The position numbers and the translations under genes are program-made. The notes beneath the pieces are model-generated. The model saw only the letters and a program-made list of their open reading frames with translations, made no database searches and was not told the origin of the DNA. 64,000 bases of DNA from Obrimoposthia wandeli (taxonomy: Eukaryota): the NCBI GenBank assembly GCA_977020255.1, contig CDROCS010003853.1:186001-250000 (forward strand), written 5' to 3'. Positions 37,200 to 49,053 of this stretch are shown here, piece after piece; positions within the stretch are counted from its first letter, which is position 1; every line of letters begins with the position of its first letter.

Positions 37200-38690
37200 A
37201 TTCCTTCTAATTTTTGTTTTAATAGTGCAATATCTCCGTTTTCATATGTTTATTCGTTATTTTCTAATATATGTACTGGATTTTTATAATTTGTTTGAGG
37301 GTTGTATTGTCTGAATTGTGTTGTATTTCGTGTTTGGGGTTGTTGAGGTATGGTTGTACTTTGAAATTGATTTATTAATGTTTTTAGTTTGTTACAATCA
37401 TCTGTAGTATGGTTATGCATGTTGCAAATTTTACAGAAATTTTTGGGTTTTTGAAAAAAAATATTTTGATTATTATATCTGTAATTGTTGGGTCTACTAT
37501 TGCTATTTTGTCTATATTGTAACTTTCAACATGTTTCTAAAGTGTGATTTTCTTTTTTACAGAATTTACAAAATTTGTTATTATTGATCTTACGACAATT
37601 TTCTATTGTGTGATTTTGTAATCCACAATTTGTACACTGTCTATTATGGGTTTGTGGGTTTGTGTCTATATAAATTATTGATTTCTATATAAATTATTTG
37701 ATGTAAATCTCGATGGTTGATTATTTTGGAAATTACTCATTGGGTTTTGATTTGTATTTTGCATATTGTTAAAATTTTGAGTTATTTGAGGTCTTTCTAT
37801 TTTTTCGAAAGACAATGCCGATACTTCTGATGGGTGCAATATATTTAACCGAGTCTCTACTAACTGTGCCTTGGTAATGGCTTGTTGAAAATTTTCTACC
37901 TCTAACAAAGCAGGATGATTTTTAATTTTGTTATTTAATCCGTATAAAAACTTATGTAGTAATAATCTATCTCGCTGAGCTTCAGCAATTTCGGGAAAAG
38001 ATCTTAAGGCTAATCGTTTTAACTCTACGGCAAAAATATTTGTAGGCTCTCCTAATAACTGTTCTCGTTGTCTAAATTGATTTAAATAATTTTGCTCGGA
38101 TTGTGTTCCTATATCATACCCTGAAAATGTTGTACTAAATGTTCCCAGGTGTCTCTATGTTGTTCCGTCAATCCTCTATAAATAGTTAAGACAGTGCCTT
38201 TAAGGTATACCGGAAAAATCCTAAGTTTCTCCGCGTTAGTCCACTCAAATGCCTGAGCAAATGAGTCGAACCTATTCAAAAATTCGGGTAAAGAAGATTT
38301 ATCGCCATTGAAAGCGTCTAATGGGACATTTAATTTATGTGCAGCCATTATTTGAAGTTGGTCGTCTATTTCTATGTTATCTATTTCGTTTAACTGAGGT
38401 TCAGGTGTAACTATTGGTGTTATGCTTTCTGTTTCTTCTATTTCAGTTTTAAAGATATCTGTTAGACTTTCTGAGTCTGATGAAAATGTCTGGTTTGTGT
38501 GTTGAGAGTATGATGGAGTTTCTGGGAAAAATTCGTTTTTTGTTCTTAAACTTGTTTGAGACTTGGGTCTTTGTGGTGGGGATTCTGTTGATTCTGTTCT
38601 TACCAGTCGGGTCTGTTTGGATTTATGAATTTTTATTTATTCAATGTTAATCACCCCTATATTTTTTTATGTGTTTCCGTTTATGTTGTA
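37200..38690 (-). pseudogene. gag of element A with three CCHC zinc knuckles
   Basis: FNGDKSSLPEFLNRF..WTNAEKL; knuckles CTNCGLQNHTIENC, CKFCKKENHTLETC, CKICNMHNHTTDDC (37390-37640). Confidence 0.9.
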
Positions 38691-40399
38691 TATTATTATT
38701 ATTTTTAAGTAAAATATCAATTATGTACGTGATTTTATCTTTGGACGTTAATTGGGCTCGTAATGTTTGAATAACCAATTTTTTAAGTGTTTACTTTAAA
38801 AGACAATCTGCACCAGACTTCTCAAAATGTCGGCTATCCTTGTTTCGCAATCTGGAAAAATAACGAGCACAGAAAAGTCTATTTGTACTTTGAGAGTATT
38901 TTAGGTTAATTATAGTATTCTTAACTTTATAAAAGATACTATAAAACTCTTGCTGTTGGTTAAATAAACTCAACTCTTTTATTATGGTGTACTAAAATTA
39001 TGAATTAAAATATTTCGTATATTTCGATCACTTTCTTTTATAAACGACAAATTACCAAATTGTTGAAACACTTTAACAATAATGAGGGCAAAGAAATATA
39101 TATATATATATATTTATGTAGTAGAAACAAAATTATTTACTTATGCTGTTCACAGTTCAAGTTGGAGTATACGATTCAATATATAAAATTTTAATTTTAC
39201 ACCGCTAGTTATAACGTTAATTATGTCAATTTGTTTGATGTAATGATTCTATGTTTTGAAATTAGTTCGTCAAAGAATGAAAAACAAACATAAAATAGTA
39301 AGTTAAAATTTAAGTAAAAGATAAATTAAATGGTAGTGGTTCAGAACCGAATCTTAAATCAACTGTAATCGCAAAACCGCAAAACCACTTTTAAATGCAA
39401 AATATGGTCAATAAAATCTCTAAACAATAATTATACACTTTAAAATGCTTATACACAATTATTATTATTATTTTTAATTATTTTTCAGTTTAAAAATGAC
39501 TTTATACTTCTCAAATCAAGGTATTCCCACAGTCTCTCTTAATCTGTTCTTACTTTTAATCAACCACTAAAACCACAACTGTTCCCTGACTCTGCGGTTA
39601 TCTGCTTATTTTGGTCTCAGAACCTTTGTTTCGATTATCGCAGAGAAAGGTACAGCGATGCCCAAAATAGTCAAAAACGTTTTACAAGAATTTTTACAAA
39701 AATAATATCTTCATGAGACTGTTAGAAATTCCTATATTGAAAAATATAATTTTGAGTTTTTACTTATCAAAATCAATTGTATCCTAGAATATAATAATCG
39801 ATTTTTCAACAAAGAGAAATTAAAATTTCTTAAAAATGTTTCTATAAACAACTCAGTTAAAATGAGAATCAAAAACACTCAAAACAAAATATAAAAATTA
39901 AATTCGAATTGTATTTTTAAGTAAAAATTAAATTAAAACGATGTGTAGGGCAAACTATTTTAATAAGACGTTAATGTAAAATCAGTATCAATAATTTTAT
40001 AACGCGTAATTTTAGTCTCTTTAATATAAAAATCATATTCAAAGTTTTTGTAATACAATTACACAAAAATTTTAGTTTGTTATAAATAAATCAAAATCCG
40101 TATAACAACGTGTTAATTCAATATCCCTTCAAATGTTAATTGATATATTTATAAAATGTAATTACGCAAAAATTGGTATTTTATAAATAAAGTCAAAATT
40201 ACAATCCGTATAATAACCTGTTAATTTAATATCCCTTCCAAACCAATTTTAATACTTAAATAATGCAATTACGTAACAACAAAAAATTCTTTTATAACCA
40301 AAATCAAAATTAAAATCAGTTTATTTTCAAAATTAAATATTAAATAATATCAAATGCAAAAAAAATAAAGAAAAACGACCTGTGTTTTCTCGCAGTTCT

Positions 40400-40417
40400 A
40401 TCACGTCAGGCTCTCCA
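40400..40417 (-). promoter_or_regulatory. Primer-binding site of element A, tRNA-Trp-like
   Basis: TGGAGAGCCTGACGTGAT, 15/18 match to canonical Trp PBS TGGTGACCCCGACGTGAT, 2 nt after the LTR end. Confidence 0.8.
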
Positions 40418-40419
40418 AA

Positions 40420-41325
40420 TAATAAGTTACAAATAAATAACCAAATTGTATTTTTTCGATAATTGAACAATCCCCAACAAATACCAGATCAATTCTTCTG
40501 GTCAAAATGATAAGTTACAAATAAATAACCAAATTGTATTTGTCGATAATTGAATAACTCTCAACAAATATCAGATCAATCCCTCTGCTCAAAACGATAC
40601 ACTCTTTTTCCTATATAATTCTTGTGTTGTTATTTTCATAGGCATTTCTGTATATATACAAACAAACACAGACAGACACAAACACACAAAAATCAATTTT
40701 CATCCGGACAGTTGGAGGGCGATTTGCAGAAACTGTGACCATAAAGACACAGATCGAGAGAGATATTTTGCCGCAGCTGGAGAGACTGCACACGCTGTCA
40801 TGCTATGGAGTTGTCCCAGCTGCTAGAGGCACCTGAAGGCAAGAGAGAAGACCCGACACGGCGACAGAATCGGTAGGAGAGAATATTGATGATGAAAATG
40901 ATGATGTCGCATTCGATGATGATGACGACGTCACTGTCGCTGGAATCCACTGTGGACTGATGCATGACATCAAATAGATCCGGCCAACATCAGGATAGTG
41001 GAGGGCGGCGCTGCACAACCTGCAGACTTAATGCAAGTAAGTGCCCTTTGTATATATTTTTCTTTTTATCTCTGACTTCGCGGGCATTTTGCCCACCGCG
41101 AAGCCAGAGATAAATCTGCCGTACCCCTGACAAGCCTGGCAGGGCGAAACCGGTTAAGCCGGTCGGGAACTGAACTAATAAAACAGATTACAAAATGCCA
41201 AAGTGCATTTCACTTACCTGAAATAATATTTCCCTACTTAAGGAAATTTTCTCCCGTTATTTCTTAATTAAGAAATAATTTAAATTTATTTATTTATTTT
41301 TTTTTTTTTAATTATAATCCTAACA
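40420..41325 (-). repeat. 5' LTR of element A (906 bp; includes an ~88-bp tandem duplication at the U5 end)
   Basis: Aligns with 28841-29614; 40420-40507 is repeated at 40508-40595. Confidence 0.92.
41121..41170 (+). ncRNA. Type I hammerhead ribozyme in the 5' LTR (G8A core mutation, likely inactive)
   Basis: GTACCC CTGACAA GCCT GGCA GGGC GAAA CCGG TTAAG CCGG TC GGGAAC. Confidence 0.8.
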
Positions 41326-41329
41326 ATTA

Positions 41330-42100
41330 TTTCTCTGATAGAATTGGTCTTTGTTAAATTTACTCATTCTTTTATCACTTTTACCTTCATCTCTTATCTG
41401 ATCCGAAATCTCTTATTTTTGAGTCATCTCTGGGCATTTGTCTCTCGAAGTTACGGTTTCAGGAATCAACTATGTTAAATTGGTTAAAATTTCGGTTACG
41501 GTAATCGTCTCTGTTATATTTATTAAAATTACGGTTACTGGAATCATCTTGAATAAATCCATTTCCAAAACGGTTTCTAGAATCATCTTTGTTGAATCTT
41601 ATGTCTCGGTAACTTTGAGAATTATTTATGTTAAAAGTTATCTACGTCGGGGATTTGTTAGACTATATGTGCACAATATTATTTTCACAACACTTTTCGT
41701 TTTTATCAAAATCCTTATCAAAACAGTAATTCTCACTCGGGGCACTAATTTATATTTGGACCAGAGTTGAAATAATTTTTAGGGAAGCCTCTGGTGAGTG
41801 TGTCCTTTAGAGTGATAAGACTTGTATGGACGGCCTAGTTTTTTGGTCTTAAAACTTTTCAAAAGGTATGGGTATTCTATACCTCAATTTTATTTGCAAA
41901 TATTCGCTATATCAGAGAGTCGATGACTTCTAAAAAATATGTCTTTTTGGCTAAAAGCGTATGTCTATTCTCTAGATTTTAAATCGTGTACGTTTATTTT
42001 TAAAACAATCCTTAGCCAAACAATAAATTATTTTTATAGAAACCTAAAAATGATACTCGAATAATAATACAAATAAGTTAGTACAAATACAAGTAACAAT
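41330..42100 (-). pseudogene. 5' part of the gag of older element D (split by insertion of element A)
   Basis: EFANKIE...KDTLTRGFPK, N/R-rich tail. Removing A and one ATTA restores the frame KDQFYQRNNSPSGFDYRTPFND. Confidence 0.75.
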
Positions 42101-42966
42101 AAATACGAACAAGAATGTTATTTGTAATGGGTCCAACTATTCCAGATGTGTCTGGTTTCAACGAATTGTTTGCCCAGCTACAGGCTGATTTTATTTTCGA
42201 CAAAAGGAGATTGAGTTTATAAAAAGCTTGGGCTTGTTTCAGGCTTAAGAATTTTACCCCGCATTTTATATCTACACAAATAAATGGTCCGTTTTCATGA
42301 CAACTAAATAACTATGATTTGTTACGGAAGTTAGTTTATAATCGAAAGCTATTCGCCGTGTATAACTCGGTCCTCGAGATATAGTTTTCTTTCGCGAATT
42401 GGACTTTCTTGATAACTGTGAGTTGCAAGCTTGTCCTTGGCGCTCGTCTTCTTTTCTCGCGAGCTTATCAGAGAAACCTGTGCTGGAGTTCTCTGTCATT
42501 CTTCTTTTTATATTCGCTGTCCTAGCGGCTAGTCGGAATTTATTTACTACTGCTGCTTCTCTGCTAAAATCGACTCAAGTTGTGGTGTTTTGCAGAATTC
42601 AATGTATGTGTCTGTCCAATACTACTGGTGTCGTTTGTTGCTTCTAAATCCACTGTAACTGTATTGTGGTGTCTCATGTGACTGGTATTTATGCTGTTGA
42701 ATCAGCAGTCACATGGGATTGATTAAATATACATTTAGTTTTTGGAGAAACTTAATCAATGTATTTTGTCTCATTTTTTAATATATTTTTTAATTTAATT
42801 TTATCTTTCAGGATTATAAAATGTCCTTGGCAGGACTATATAAAGCCATTTAATTTAATATTTTCTAATTTAATTCATTAGATTCTAGACCTCAACATAT
42901 ATTGTAAATTAGTAACAATTTGTAATTTTGAAATGGTAGATAAGTCAAATTGGTATTTCAAAAAAT

Positions 42967-43544
42967 TGTAATTGTCTGCTGGAAGTCTGCAGTTTTATAG
43001 GAAGAAGATGGTGCGAGATACCGCACTTTCTGGTAGAGGAGGTCCGGGATATGTAGGGAGACCGAACAGACCCCAATATACACAGAGAACATCGACCACC
43101 ACAAGCATAATACTCCATAGGGAATTAGACTGATGGTAGAGGATAAGAGAGAAAAAGAGATTTGAGAGTCGGACATGTCAAGGGAGGTAGAAGAAGATTG
43201 ATGCGTCTTGGGAGTGGAATCCAGACAGTTTGATCTGATAATGTCTGTCGGGGATTCACGGAAGACGGGGAAACAGTAAGCTGACCAATAGTTATACTGG
43301 CTGTTGTCAGGAATCATTGCAGGGGAAGAGTGTGATACCAGTGTGCTGGAGAGAAGGAGTTCCTGGGTGGTAGACCATTTCCACGAAATTGAAGATAATC
43401 ATCCGTGCCGTCTCCCTGAAGAGTTTGGCAGGACGAAACGGGACATTTTTCCGTCGGAGACTAACCAATTCACCTCCCTTATTGAGGGTATTTCAGTTTA
43501 ATTATTTTAATTAATTATCAGTTATTTAATTCTATATCCCAACA
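42967..43544 (-). mobile_element. LTR-like segment of a third subfamily (TGTTGGGATATAG... on minus); left boundary uncertain
   Basis: Terminus resembles the element A LTR, and it carries the same hammerhead at a similar distance from the edge. No clear PBS or TSD found. Confidence 0.55.
43410..43461 (+). ncRNA. Type I hammerhead ribozyme, apparently intact
   Basis: GTCTCC CTGAAGA GTTT GGCA GGAC GAAA CGGGA CATTT TTCCG TC GGAGAC; perfect 6-bp stem I, GUC site, predicted cut after C43455. Confidence 0.9.
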
Positions 43545-43956
43545 TTATTCATTTTTAATCATTATTAGATTTTGATAATAATAACATCTAATTAAAAAAA
43601 ACTATACTGTTGGACTGTATGTAAAGATTTAGTAGAAAAATAACGATAATGTAGGTTACTGACTAATATTTGAAAATGTCTCACGACTGTAAATTTATTG
43701 TTTTTTTATTGAAACTTGTTATTATCCGATCGAATATATCGACACAGTATACAAAGGGTCTTTTATTTCAAATTCAAAACATACATTTTATAACGTCAGC
43801 ATTTACCTAAAAATTAGTAAGTAGATGGAGTTTTTACAAACCACAAAGCACCTTAGGATGTTGATGTAATATATTAACACCCTATTATATTTGAGCTATT
43901 TGTGTGTTTGTGATTTATTTTTTTTAGATTTCTAAATTTCAATAACTATTTTTAAC

Positions 43957-45162
43957 GGATCTAGGACATTTCGGACACGGACGTTTCGGACACGGATGTT
44001 TCGGACTAGGACCTTTCGGACTAACCTTTTATTGAAGTAGGACGTTTCAGACTATTAAGAATTTTTATCTTCTAATTTTAATATTTAAAATATATTTTGG
44101 GTTAATTAAGTTTATTTGAAGATGGCGTTCATTATTTTTGAGATTTATTACTAAATTTAGATTTCAGCCAATTTATATGAAATTGTTGTACTTTTGTGTC
44201 CAATTATTCATTCAATTCAGGAAAAATTACATAATGGAGATTATCAATACCAAAAGAAATGGAATAAAGCTTTGTTTAAGTGGCTTCATTTATACTGTTA
44301 AAGTTGTAATGAAATCGAAATATGAAATAATACGGCGTTGTGTGAAACGTCAGAGTTGTAATGGTGTTCTTAAAATATACAAATAGAATGGATATATGGA
44401 GTATCTTTGCAAAGAACATACTCACCCTGCAGACCAGACAGCAATATATATTGAACTGTGTCGCCATTCAATGAAAAGTCAAGCCAGCACTTTCAACGAC
44501 AACCCAACAAAATCTTTATATTCTCTAATGCTACTGCTCTAGATGAGATTAAAGCCATACTCCAGTTGCTGATACAGTTAAAAGAGTACTTCGCTGTGCC
44601 CGTGCTGCTCACCGACCTAAAGATCCCCAAATTCTACAACAGTTGACTATTGCTGATCATTGGTGTCAGACCACCTGTGAAAACGCTACCAACTTCTTCG
44701 CGTACGACAGCGGTCAAGATGCTGAGGAACGTGTCGTCGTAATTTCTACTGACTCCCACTTTAAACGTCGTGCCTCTTGTGACACTTGGTACATAGACAG
44801 TACTTTTGCAGTTGCACCACACCTCTTTCATCAGCTGTATCTTATTCAAGGACACTGTAATGGTCTCTTTTACCTCTTGTCTATCAGCATCTTCGATCGA
44901 ACTAAATTAGTTGAAAACTACCAATTTCTTATAAATTGGCTGAAATCTAAATTTTGTTAAAAAAATCTCAAAATAACGAATTGAAATCTTATAAATTGAC
45001 CCAACAAATCTTGTAAATTGACTCAAAAAATCTAGTAGAACGAAGACCATAGTCAACTAAACTTAATTGACACAAAATATATTTTAAATCTTAAAATTTA
45101 AAGATAAAAATTCAAAAAAGTCCGAAAAGTCCTACTTTAAAAAAAGTCCTATCCGAAGCACC
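43957..45162 (+). mobile_element. MULE (FLYWCH + MULE transposase) element, internally deleted
   Basis: Sub-repeated TIRs (GGACRTTTCGGAC arrays; TCCGAAAAGTCC at the right), near-TSD ATTTTTAAC/ATTACTAAC, FLYWCH domain, DTWYIDSTFAVAPHLFHQLY. Confidence 0.85.
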
Positions 45163-45826
45163 ATTACTAACTTGAAAAAGCAAAATTAAAATAAAATAAT
45201 ACGGTTTCATAATGTTCTAGATTTTATTTCAAAGATTTTTAAAGCTAAAATTGCGTAAAATAAAATTCAATATATTAAAATTTTACATGTCAGTTAAATC
45301 AATTTTATAAAGACAATTTTTACAGTTTCTTTTAAATATCAAAATATTACAATTTATTAGAAATATATTCTTCAAAAATAATTTTAAATAAGTATTCAGT
45401 TATTATTGCATAAACATATCTTTCCTGTTATTTTAACGATATGTTGATATTTATTATCTAATTTCAAAAATTATCAAATCGAAAAATAAAAGTGGTAAAA
45501 TGTCTTCCTTAACTCTATATCAATAAAATGTCTAAACCTGTGTTTTAACAAATAAATTTATAATTATTTTGAAAAACAAAATTTAAATTTTGATTAGTAA
45601 TTGAATTGTATTTATTATTTATTTAAAGATTTTGGCGAAATTTAAATTAATGGTTTGAATATTAAATATATCATATGAATCTGTTTCGTAAGCTGCATTG
45701 AATTAAAGCGCAAAATTTGAAATAAATAATTTATATTAAATATCATATGAATTAGATTATTAATTTCGATTCAAGTCATACGTATCAAATACGCCATTAT
45801 TTAAAAAAAGTTATTCTATATTAAAG

Positions 45827-47029
45827 ATGGCAACTGAAGTAGCAAATCCACCAAAAGAAATTGTTTCAGAAACTAAAGGTGATACCGAAGTTATTGCAAA
45901 AGACGAAAATCAACTTACTATAGATGATATTCGAGAACAAGTCAGATATATTGAAAAATCCGTACATACGAAAGAACCCCATTATGTTGCTAGAGTTGTT
46001 CGAAGCATTTTCAGAATAAGGAAGAAGCTTAATTGTAATGTGTTTAATCGACTCGTCAATGGCTATTATCCAAATGTATGCCCACAAAAAACGTATTTTA
46101 CCGAATATCTACCTGAAGCGATAGATACAGAGTCACACACAGCTGCGTTTTCACCTAGATCTAAAGCTTCGCAACATTTGATTCCTGAAGTAGAAGTTTA
46201 TCTACATTTATTACTTTTAGTTTTTCTGATTGATCGAAAAGAAGACAGAAAAGAAGAAGCGATTAGATGTGCTAATGTGTTATTAGAACGTATTGGTGAT
46301 CATAACAGGCGAACATTAGACATGATTGCGGGGAAATGTTATTTTTATTACAGTATCGCGTACGAAAAAGCCGGTAAACTTGAAATGATTCGTTCAAATT
46401 TATTTAAACTTCTGCGTACATGTACTTTAAGAAAAGATTATCATGGCCAATCAGCTCTAATCAATCTATTACTACGTAATTTTTTGGCCTATAATCTTTA
46501 TGATCAGGCTAACAAGCTCATTACAAAAGTGAACTATCCTGAAGAACCTTCAAACAATGATTTAGCTCGGTATTTATATTATCTGGGGAGAATTAAGGCG
46601 ATACAGTTGGACTACTCAGCATCTCATCAACATTTGATGTCTGCATTGAGAAAAGCACCGCAAAATTGTGCTGTTGGTTTCAAACAAGCCGTGCATAAGT
46701 TGAATACGGTTGTTGAACTGTTGTTAGGAGAACAGCCGGATCGGGTTAATTTCCGTAATCCTGCATTCAAGGCGTGTTTGGCACCGTATTTCCAGTTGAC
46801 ACAAGCAGTTCGAGCTGGTGATTTGGCGCAATTCAATAAAGTGTTAGAAGAGTTTGGGAAATCATTTATTGCTGATAAAACCCACACATTGATTGTTCGC
46901 CTGCGTCATAATGTTATAAAGACCGGTGTTCGACTGATGGCGCTGAGTTATTCCAGGATATCGCTGGAGAGTATCGCAAATAAGCTGCAGCTCGGAAGTC
47001 CGGAAGATGCAGAATTTATAGTGGCAAAG
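45827..47029 (+). CDS. PSMD3: 26S proteasome regulatory subunit 3 (Rpn3), exon 1 (401 codons)
   Basis: LIPEVEVYLHLL, RRTLD, LLRNFL, NNDLARYLYYLGRIKAIQLDYS, LRHNVIKTG, DAEFIVAK; donor AAG|GTGAGA. Confidence 0.97.
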
Positions 47030-48059
47030 GTGAGAAGTGAACTATGTCAAAATTGGATTTACTATTCAGTTAAAAGATTGATGGCGTTAAGATTTTTTTT
47101 ATTAAGATTTTTAGAATTTTACAATTACATTTTCGAGATAAAACTCTTCTTGCACAGAACTTATATTAAATTTGAAGATAGTTATTAAATACTTTATTTA
47201 CTGCCTCTTATTTGATAACCACGAGAAGGACATTCTGAATTTCATTGCTCTTACAAAGTGAGGCATGATGATAATTTAAAATAGAAAATTACAGCTAGAA
47301 TTTTTACTTAGAATGCGAAAAATTCAGTATGATGCGTTGATAAAACTCAATTATGTTTGTCAAATGAAAATTAATTGAAATAGATACTAATATAATTTCA
47401 GTGATAGTTAATCACTTACAACATTCAAAATCAATAATATATGTACGAATTGATACAGGTATAATAATTTTAATATACCTGGTTATTTAAAGTAACTTAC
47501 AAATTCAATTCCTAGTAGTTCACATAATATGGATGCAAAAATAAATATCTTTACGTGTTACGTGATTTTCTAAAAATTGAAGTTATTTTGAATTACCCTC
47601 TATATGAATGTTATAATTGAATACCAATAATAAAACCAAATTCTGTTATAAATAATAGAAAAATATATTTTTTTCAAATATTTTCATTATTGTTTTTATA
47701 TAAATAGAGCCGAAAAACTAGTCAACTTTCATATCATTGGGAAAGTGAATCGAAAGTGTAATTTAGACGTAATTTCTGTAATAAAATTTATGTAGGTGAT
47801 ACGGACAGGTTGAATACATTCAATTACCTATTTTCCAAATTACATTCAATTTGAAAACAGTGCTTTTTTAATACAATTCTATAAATTTGCAGAAAACATT
47901 ATGAAGAAATCAGATTTTATAATACACATTAAAAGATTTTTGAGAAAGCTTTGATAAGATTGAGAATATGACCAATTTTAAGTTAAATGTATATAATTAA
48001 TCTTTCGCTATATTTATGAATAAAAATATTTTCAGAAACATTGTGAAAAATTGTGATTA

Positions 48060-49053
48060 CAGTCAACTCTCAATATAGTGCCACTCGAAGAAATTCTTTT
48101 CAGAAAAAAGTGGCCCGTTATCGAGGGAAATGTATAAATAAAACTTTGTTAAGCTATAAGTTAAATAAATAAACAACAAAAGCACAATAAATAAAATTGC
48201 ATTTTTTAAATACAATACACAACTATATTTCTGGAACATCGAGGTTTTTAAAATTTTCTGAAATCCAAAATCTTTCTTTTCTCACCTGATTAGTTTACGC
48301 AGCTTATTATTTAAATTAGCTATTTAGATATTTTTCCGCCTCTAATAGGATTTTTTTATATTGAATTTTCAGACAATATTTTGAAATTCATACAAGTTTC
48401 ATCCATATTGTAAATATCTCCTGACTTAAAGATTAAAACTAAATTCCGTAAACTATTTATATTTATCAACTAAAATATTATGAAAAAGCCATTTCACCAT
48501 TCAGAAGATAATTTATATCGAGTCTTGAATATGTACAACCATTAAATTCTTTGGCAAGAAAATTTGCTTTATTTGTCATTGTTTGTTCATTAACAAATTG
48601 ATTTGTATTTTCAAGTATTGATTATTGGTCATATTTTTCTTTTATGGATTATAGCACAACGACTTATATTCAAATCGTACTTTTAATTAAAATAAATGTG
48701 CAATACGTTGATGTTGTATCGTATGTTTCTCGGAATAATCAAGTATCTCCAATCTTAAACATGTTCTTTTATTCATTTTATTTTGTAAAAAAGATTAAGA
48801 TAAATAATTTAAATTGCTTTTTATTAAAATTTGAAATGCCAAAAATTATTTTAGAAGTAACAGAAAATTATAATAAAATATATTGTTATATAATATTTTT
48901 TATTAAAAACTCACGTATATTTTTAAAACATATTTTGAAGCAAATAATTATTAGATAATACAGAATATTCACTTTAAAAAGTATGGCACTATAAAGAGGG
49001 CGATTATACGTAACTTCTTTTTTGAATCTTGGCACTTTATCGAGGTTTGACTG
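48060..49053. mobile_element. pogo/Tigger-like (Tc1/mariner) non-autonomous element in PSMD3 intron 1
   Basis: TA flanks (48058-59, 49054-55); TIRs CAGTCAACTCTCAATATAGTGCCA / CAGTCAAACCTCGATAAAGTGCCA. Confidence 0.8.

Larger units (their letters stand above)
28841..41325 (-). mobile_element. Full-length Ty3/Gypsy LTR retroelement A (12,485 bp): LTR-gag-glycoprotein-pol-ORF X-exonuclease-LTR
   Basis: Direct-repeat LTRs (TGTTAGG...CTTATCA on minus), 4-bp TSD ATTA (28837-28840 / 41326-41329), PBS, PR-RT-RH-IN order. ORFs are broken by stops and frameshifts. Confidence 0.95.

Noticed and set aside
47030-47188. C-terminal 52 aa of the 453-aa ORF at 45827-47188
   Set aside because: Read-through into intron 1; the conserved Rpn3 sequence resumes at 49939. 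The tail of ORF 49933-50247 likewise reads through intron 2.
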